Assembly (NCBI GenBank): GCA_038230375.1
Contig: JBBRNJ010000025.1
Span: forward strand, 1-64,000
Source of the DNA: Polyangiales bacterium
GTDB lineage: Bacteria; Myxococcota_A; Polyangia; Polyangiales; Polyangiaceae
DNA length: 64,000 nt
Direction: 5' to 3'
Shown here piece by piece: positions 58,259-64,000 of the stretch (position 1 is the first letter of the stretch; each line of letters opens with the position of its first letter). The notes under the pieces were generated by a model. That model was given only the letters and a program-made list of their open reading frames with translations, made no database searches and was not told the origin of the DNA. The translations under genes were made by a program, and so were the position numbers.

Positions 58259-59934
58259 GCTGGTTCAATGATCTGGGTACGACGAAGAAGCTGTTCCTGT
58301 GTTTCGGCTTTCTCGCGGCGATGCTCGCGGGCGTCGGGTATGTGGGCATCACGGCAGTTGCGGAAACGAACGCGAGCGTCGATACGGCCTACAATCGCGA
58401 CCTGAAGGGGGTCATGCTGGCGATGCACGCCGACATGGAGCGCCTTGTCATCGCGAAGAACTACAGAACAGGACTTCTGGCCAACGACCCAGCAGGCCGT
58501 GAGCATGCCCTACGCTCCCTGGACGACTCGGAGAGAACCTTCGCCACGACGCTGAACGAACTCCAGGCCTCACTCATTCTGCAAGACAACATCACGCGCG
58601 TGGAGGAAACGAAGCGGATGACTGTCGACTATCTTCGGCTCGCGCGCGAGGCCATCCGCGCCTCCGCGTCCGACCACCAGCGCGCCATGGTGCTTCTCGA
58701 GGAAGCCACCGCGGTTGGAATGAAGATCGGAGCCGAGATCGACGCGCTGCTGGCGACGAAGTTCCAGCTCACGAAGCGCGAGCAGGAGAAGAGTCAGGAG
58801 CGCTACATGCACAGCCGCAACGTGGTGGGCGGCTCGACGATCGTTGCGATGTTCTTCGCCTTCGTCTGCGCCATGGTGGTGGGACGCGCAATCGCGATCC
58901 CGCTGAAGGATTCGGTCCAGGTGCTGGAGACGGTTGCTCAGGGCGACCTGACCGTGCGCCTGAAGCACCAGAGCAAGGACGAGATCGGGAAGCTCGCAGT
59001 GGCGCTCAATGCCTCTCTCGAGTCAATCCAGAGCACACTCGCGAATGCGCAGAGCATCTCCATCGAAGTATCGGCGGCAGCAACGCAGATGGCAGCGAGC
59101 GCTCAGCAGATCTCGAGTGGCGCACAGGAGCAGGCGGCAAGCCTGGAAGAGACCGCGGCGAGCCTGGAAGAGATCAGCTCGACGGTCAAACAGAACACGG
59201 ACAACGCACAGCAGGCGTCGCAGCTCGCGAACGGCGCGCGCGATGCTGCAGAGCACGGTGGTCAGGTCGTGGAGTCCGCAGTCGCGGCCATGAACGAGAT
59301 CACGAAGTCGTCGAAGAAGATCGCCGACATCATCACGACGATCGACGAGATTGCCTTCCAGACGAACCTGCTGGCCCTGAACGCAGCGGTGGAAGCGGCC
59401 CGCGCCGGTGAGCAAGGTCGCGGATTCGGTGTCGTCGCTGCAGAGGTTCGAAGCCTTGCGCAGCGCACGGCGACCGCGGCGAAGGAGATCCGCGGTCTCA
59501 TCGCGGATTCGTCCAGCAAGGTCGAGGCGGGCACCTTCCAGGTGAACCAGTCGGGCGAGACGCTGGAGGACATCGTGAAGAGCGTGAAACGCGTCACGGA
59601 CATGGTCGCGGAGATCGCGGCTGCGTCTCGCGAGCAGACCACGGGCATCGAGCAGGTGAATACCGCAGTGACGCAGGTGGACCAGGTGACCCAGCTCAAC
59701 GCAGCGCAGACGGAGGAGCTCTCCGCCACCGCCATCTCGCTGTCCGACAAGGCAAACGATCTTCGTGAGCGCATCGCCAGGTTCGAGCTGGGGACGGAGC
59801 CGCCCGCCCGTGCCCTCACCAAGCCCACCGCGCCGGCCGCCGGCAAGAAGGTTGCCTACCTCCACGCTGCTCGCCCGGCAGCGCAGGCGGCACCGAAGCT
59901 CGGCAAGGTCGCAAACGGCTACGAGGAATTCTGA
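58255..59934 (+). CDS. Methyl-accepting chemoreceptor (TM-4HB-TM-HAMP-MA) with C-terminal pentapeptide
   Basis: IAFQTNLLALNAAVEAARAGEQGRGF; ends in GYEEF. Confidence 0.97.
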   Translation: MSWFNDLGTTKKLFLCFGFLAAMLAGVGYVGITAVAETNASVDTAYNRDLKGVMLAMHADMERLVIAKNYRTGLLANDPAGREHALRSLDDSERTFATTLNELQASLILQDNITRVEETKRMTVDYLRLAREAIRASASDHQRAMVLLEEATAVGMKIGAEIDALLATKFQLTKREQEKSQERYMHSRNVVGGSTIVAMFFAFVCAMVVGRAIAIPLKDSVQVLETVAQGDLTVRLKHQSKDEIGKLAVALNASLESIQSTLANAQSISIEVSAAATQMAASAQQISSGAQEQAASLEETAASLEEISSTVKQNTDNAQQASQLANGARDAAEHGGQVVESAVAAMNEITKSSKKIADIITTIDEIAFQTNLLALNAAVEAARAGEQGRGFGVVAAEVRSLAQRTATAAKEIRGLIADSSSKVEAGTFQVNQSGETLEDIVKSVKRVTDMVAEIAAASREQTTGIEQVNTAVTQVDQVTQLNAAQTEELSATAISLSDKANDLRERIARFELGTEPPARALTKPTAPAAGKKVAYLHAARPAAQAAPKLGKVANGYEEF

Positions 59935-59946
59935 GAGGAGCCAGCC

Positions 59947-61080
59947 ATGAACGTCATCGTCATCGAGGAGGTCGCCGGCGAGTACGCGGCGCTGGGAGAG
60001 ATGATCCGCAAGACGGGACACGCCACACAGGTGGTCCCGTCGGATCGGGGGCCGGACGCCGTCGCCAACGAGATGCCGGACATCGTCGTGATGGGCGCGC
60101 GGAAGGCGCACGATGCGATCGCGGCGTACGCCAAGGCGCTCGGCGGCTGCGATGATGGTGCGTACCGCGCCCTCATCGCGATCGTGGACGGCGACACGTC
60201 CGACGCGCGCGCGGTTGCAAATAGCAGCGGCGCTGACGAGGTCGTGCTCTCGACCGCGAGCCCCAGCGAAATCGTCGACCACGTGCGCTCGTCGGAACGT
60301 ATCGTGCGCCTGGAACGGAAGCTGCGCGAGCGCGTCGTGGAGCTGGAAGCAGCGCTGCGTCGCCTGTCGTTCGCGGCAGTCGTTCGTGGTGAAGGCGTGG
60401 CGGCGGCGGCGAATGTTCAGAACAAGGGCGGCATTCGGTTCCTGCTCACGCACGCGTGGACAGCCGTGGACGACATCCTCCGCGGCATGTGCGCGGAGTA
60501 CCTGCAGCGCCCGTTCAACCAGGTGGGCGGTAACGTTCGCGTTCCACACGGGTGCATCGGCGCCAGCATCTCGCTCACGGACGTGGAGAACGAGCTGGGG
60601 CTGGAGATCAGTTTCGTGACCACGGCAGCCACGGCGAAGAACGTTGCCGCCATGTTCACGGGCGATCCTTCGATCGTTGACGACGACGTGGTGAAGGACG
60701 TGCTGCTGGAGCTCGCGAACTCCGGAATGGGCGCGGTGCGCGCTGCGTTCCTGTCGGAGGAGTTCCGCTTTGCGGCGTCCCCCCCGAAGCCGCTCGCCGC
60801 CGTGTCCCTTCCGAAGCTGGTCGAGCGCGTGGAGGCGAAGCGAGTCCTCACCTTCCGCAATGGCGAGGACGTCGTGTACGTCGTCGTCGCCGTGCGAAGC
60901 CAGGGCCGCATCAAGCTGCGCGCGACCAATCTGCGCGAAGGCATGGTCGTCGCCAGCGATATCACCAACGACGCAGGCGTCCTGCTGGTCCGGGCCGGCA
61001 CCCGACTCACGGAGACAGCCGCAAGCCGCGTGGCGAAGATGGTTCCGAACAAGGAAATCGAGCTCGCCGACGCCGCGTGA
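59947..61080 (+). CDS. Pseudo-receiver + CheX/CheC-like + small C-terminal domain protein
   Basis: SD GAGGAG; PDIVVMG (no phospho-Asp); coiled coil; DVLLELAN (ExxN); LREGMVVASDI..GVLLVRAGTRLT. Confidence 0.7.
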   Translation: MNVIVIEEVAGEYAALGEMIRKTGHATQVVPSDRGPDAVANEMPDIVVMGARKAHDAIAAYAKALGGCDDGAYRALIAIVDGDTSDARAVANSSGADEVVLSTASPSEIVDHVRSSERIVRLERKLRERVVELEAALRRLSFAAVVRGEGVAAAANVQNKGGIRFLLTHAWTAVDDILRGMCAEYLQRPFNQVGGNVRVPHGCIGASISLTDVENELGLEISFVTTAATAKNVAAMFTGDPSIVDDDVVKDVLLELANSGMGAVRAAFLSEEFRFAASPPKPLAAVSLPKLVERVEAKRVLTFRNGEDVVYVVVAVRSQGRIKLRATNLREGMVVASDITNDAGVLLVRAGTRLTETAASRVAKMVPNKEIELADAA

Positions 61081-61150
61081 TGCGATTCACGCTCATGGTC
61101 CGGCGACCCAAGCCGTTCCCGGATCTGCAGTTCAAACGAAAGGTCTTCGC

Positions 61151-62140
61151 ATGCGTCACTCCCTCGTCATCGCCCCCATGATTCTCGCGACCACGTTCAG
61201 CTCGGCCGCCTACGCGCAGGAGCCGGCGCCAGCCCCCGCTGCGCAAGCCCCAGCCGCACCCGACACCGCCCAGGCCGGCAGGAAGGAGAGCTTCGATGTA
61301 GCCCCTCCGTCGCCTCAAGCCGTTTCGGCCATCCAGCTGCGCGGCCTTGCGCCGAGCACTGGGCTCCGCCTTGACACCACGATCGCGCCGTACAGGAGCG
61401 CCAGCTCGCACCTTGGCTACACCGAGACCGTGAGCCTGTTCTCCGCGTCCGTGAAGGTGCATCGCCTTCTTGCACTGCAGGCGCGCTGGGGCGTGATGAG
61501 CAGTGCGCCCGTGACCACTGGCGAATCCGCGACCGGCACGACGAATGCGACGGTCGGAGCGCTCTTCGGAACGAGCCTCAACGAGCACTGGCGCATCGCC
61601 GCATCGGGGACCGTAGGGCTTCCCACCGGCGCTGGCGGCGGCAACACGCCGAATTCGGACATGACGATCGCCGTGAAATCAGCCTCCCTCGCGCGCGCGG
61701 GCATGGACAACACCATGTTTGCCATGAACGACGTGGGCTTCCCGGTCGGTGGCGATCTGGCGTACGTGCGCGGGCCATTCACTGCGCAGCTCGAGGCGAA
61801 CATCATCCCGTCGTTCCGGGTGCAGGGCGAAAAGAAGTCCCCCGACGCAAGCAAGGTGAACTCCACGACTGCGCTGTTCGTCGGCTACTTCATACTGCCG
61901 AACCGGCTCTCCGTGGGCGGCGAGCTCCGCAACATGCGCTACCTGTCAGATCCCGTCGCTGTGCAGAAGGACTCCTCGCAACGCGACAACCTGAGCGCCG
62001 CGGGCGGCATCCGCGCCTACTTCAAGATCGCGGAGGGAGCCACTGCGCGCCCCGGCATCTCTTACGGAGCGGGACTCTACGGCGCAATCGCTGACGCTCG
62101 GTACCAGATGGCGCAGGTCGACCTTCCCGTTTCGTTCTGA
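61151..62140 (+). CDS. Putative outer-membrane beta-barrel protein
   Basis: Signal peptide AYA-Q, amphipathic strands, terminal VDLPVSF. Confidence 0.65.
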   Translation: MRHSLVIAPMILATTFSSAAYAQEPAPAPAAQAPAAPDTAQAGRKESFDVAPPSPQAVSAIQLRGLAPSTGLRLDTTIAPYRSASSHLGYTETVSLFSASVKVHRLLALQARWGVMSSAPVTTGESATGTTNATVGALFGTSLNEHWRIAASGTVGLPTGAGGGNTPNSDMTIAVKSASLARAGMDNTMFAMNDVGFPVGGDLAYVRGPFTAQLEANIIPSFRVQGEKKSPDASKVNSTTALFVGYFILPNRLSVGGELRNMRYLSDPVAVQKDSSQRDNLSAAGGIRAYFKIAEGATARPGISYGAGLYGAIADARYQMAQVDLPVSF

Positions 62141-62550
62141 GCGACCGACGACAGCGGGGACGTGACGACGACGCCACATGATGTGTTGCCGTCAGTTGCC
62201 AACGCCTGCGTTGTAGTGCGCGAGTACGCGCTCGTTCCACGGACCGCGCCGTCGACGTGACGATGGGCCTGCCCGAGAGTGTTCCAGTGGAGGTTGCGCC
62301 CTAGTACCGCGCCACAGAGGAATGGACCGATTGCCATCGCCGAGACTGCGATGTCGCGGCGAGTCTAGCTTGTTCGGGCACGAGTCGTATCCAACCAGTC
62401 GATTCCACTGTGTCGCGGTACTAGTGGCAGACGGACGCCACCTTGGGATCGGCTTCGACCCGCTGCGCGCGGGCTTCGACATGCCGCTCGACGGCACACG
62501 GTTCGCCATCAACGCCCGCAGCGAGATCACCGTGCGCTGGGTGCACTGAC

Positions 62551-62778
62551 CCAGCCAGCCGTCCGCACGGTCGCATCGTCGTGGTCGAGGCGATCATCCC
62601 CGAGGACGGCCGCCCATCGCCGAACGCATTGATGGACATGAACATGCTCGCCCTCATGCCTGGTCGCGAGCGCACGCTACGCGAGCTCCGAGACCTCTTC
62701 GCGGCGGCCGACCTGGAGGTCGAGCGCGTATCGCAAACGCGCTCAGCCTTCGACATCATCGAGCTTGCGGCCCCGTGA
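62551..62778 (+). pseudogene. C-terminal fragment of an O-methyltransferase (Methyltransf_2-like)
   Basis: GRIVVVEAII...MDMNML...GRERT..E...LF...IIE, with no SAM-binding N-terminus. Confidence 0.7.
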
Positions 62779-62790
62779 TGTGAGGAGCGC

Positions 62791-63399
62791 TCAGCCCGAC
62801 TTCACTTGCCCGGCTCTCGGAGGCAGTGGCCTGAGAATCTCCGGAACGGGCTCGGGAGCACCCATCCAGAGACTGCACGCCACCATGGCTGCCTGAATGC
62901 ACTTCGACAGGTTGAAGGCGGTCGCAACGGGCTTCTGGCTGCCACCGCTGCCGCTGCCGCTGCCGCCGCCCTTCGATCCTCCGCCGGTGTTCTGCGTAGA
63001 GGTGGTGCCGGGGATGGCGAATGCCGTGACTTCGTACGGCGACGCGACCGCGGTGCCGGTCTTGTCGTCGGTGAACAAGATCTCGGCTTGCGCTTCGTTG
63101 ATGACGTACGTGCCGAGGATCAGGCAGCTCGCCGGAGCCGTGGCGGGATCCTTGTTACAGATGTCGCCCGCACTCCAGACGCCGTAGCGGCCCGAAGCCT
63201 CCAGCTTCAGCCACGCGTAGTCCGGAGAGCCCTCGATCTTGTAGATGCCGCTCGGCTCGATGGACTTCGGGACACTGCTCGACGCGCCGGTGCCGGAGTT
63301 GCCGCCGGGATCTCCGAGATCCTGGGAGGAGCCGCAGCCAGCAAGGGCCGAGGCGATAGCGAGCACGGCAACCGAAAGAGAGCGCGGAAGGCGGAGCAT
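62791..63399 (-). CDS. Hypothetical lipoprotein
   Basis: LAGC lipobox, GS-rich linkers. Confidence 0.65.
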   Translation of the reverse strand: MLRLPRSLSVAVLAIASALAGCGSSQDLGDPGGNSGTGASSSVPKSIEPSGIYKIEGSPDYAWLKLEASGRYGVWSAGDICNKDPATAPASCLILGTYVINEAQAEILFTDDKTGTAVASPYEVTAFAIPGTTSTQNTGGGSKGGGSGSGSGGSQKPVATAFNLSKCIQAAMVACSLWMGAPEPVPEILRPLPPRAGQVKSG

Positions 63400-63577
63400 C
63401 CAGACTTCTGTTGCAAGGCGCATGCAAGCACGCCGAGTGCGTGTTTTGCGGCGCGGGCGACACGGAACCCGCATGGCTTGTTTTCCCGGGTATGGGTCAC
63501 CGCTCCACCACTCCGCGGGCCGCTGTCACCTTGCCGCGACAGTGACTCGTGCGCCTTCGGGGCGCTAGGATTGGAAG

Positions 63578-64000
63578 GTGCCGGGCGTGGGAAACAACAC
63601 GAGACTCCAGACGTCTGCGATGGCGATTCCGCCTGCGACGTTCGTCGTCGTCCGCCAGTCGAGCAGGCGGAGCCTGGTTCGGCTCACGCTCCTCGTCTCG
63701 TTGTTCGTTTCGGTGGGGCTGCTCGTCTATGCGATGTGGAGGGGCGCGCCCCTCTTGCCCGTGTCCATGGCGCTCACGATCGTCGTGTGCATGCTGGCGG
63801 GGCTCGCCACGCCGTGGAAGGTCGTCGTCATGCTGGGGACGGACGGGCTCCGGCTTCGTGGCGCGCTATTTCCTTCTGCGGAGTTCATCCCCTACCCGCG
63901 CCTCTTGCGCACCGACGTGGACGGACCTGTGGTCTGGCTCGCGCTCGAGACCGGAAAACGGATCGGCCTTCGCTTTCCGCGTCGCAGCCGCCACCTCGCG
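63578..64000 (+). CDS. Membrane protein (two TM helices, possible bacterial PH domain), runs off the window
   Basis: Frame open to the window end; TAGGAT 6 nt before GTG; VMLGTDGLRL...FIPY. Confidence 0.55.
   Translation, partial: MPGVGNNTRLQTSAMAIPPATFVVVRQSSRRSLVRLTLLVSLFVSVGLLVYAMWRGAPLLPVSMALTIVVCMLAGLATPWKVVVMLGTDGLRLRGALFPSAEFIPYPRLLRTDVDGPVVWLALETGKRIGLRFPRRSRHLA

Noticed and set aside
59023..60549. Long antisense or alternative-frame ORFs (also 53398-54936, 25224-26798, 10647-12341, 5587-7014)
   Set aside because: Shadows of real genes, caused by stop-codon scarcity in high-GC DNA; no recognisable motifs.
63411..63426. sigma54-like TTGCATGCGCCTTGCA upstream of the last lipoprotein gene (minus strand)
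   Set aside because: Lacks the invariant GG at -24.

Overview
High-GC window with the gene content of a myxobacterium, most likely Polyangiales (Labilithrix/Sorangium-like). This taxonomic call is inferred from the many Cys- and Asp/Gly-rich lipoproteins, Ser/Thr kinases, an FHA-sigma54 activator, and AgmX/PglI-like and MYXO-CTERM-like proteins. I read about 60 genes and found no rRNA, tRNA, CRISPR array or transposase. Main points: (1) A kinase / TPR-PEGA / beta-propeller / FHA-sigma54 activator cassette (28.9-36.0 kb) is bracketed by a perfect 20-bp inverted pair of (GTCACG)3 arrays, each about 60 bp upstream of a -24/-12 promoter for a lipoprotein gene, suggesting a self-contained trans-envelope signalling circuit. 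(2) An F7/F8-like chemosensory operon (52.4-61.1 kb) has a CheR-CheD fusion with an internal SD+ATG, a GYEEF-pentapeptide receptor and a pseudo-receiver/CheX-like protein. (3) A beta-hydroxyacid dehydrogenase is fused to a hemerythrin domain and a Gly/RGG tail. (4) Many genes have a -10 box 6-7 nt before the start codon, consistent with leaderless transcription. (5) Several genes are broken by internal deletions. All family calls come from motif recognition by eye, not database searches.
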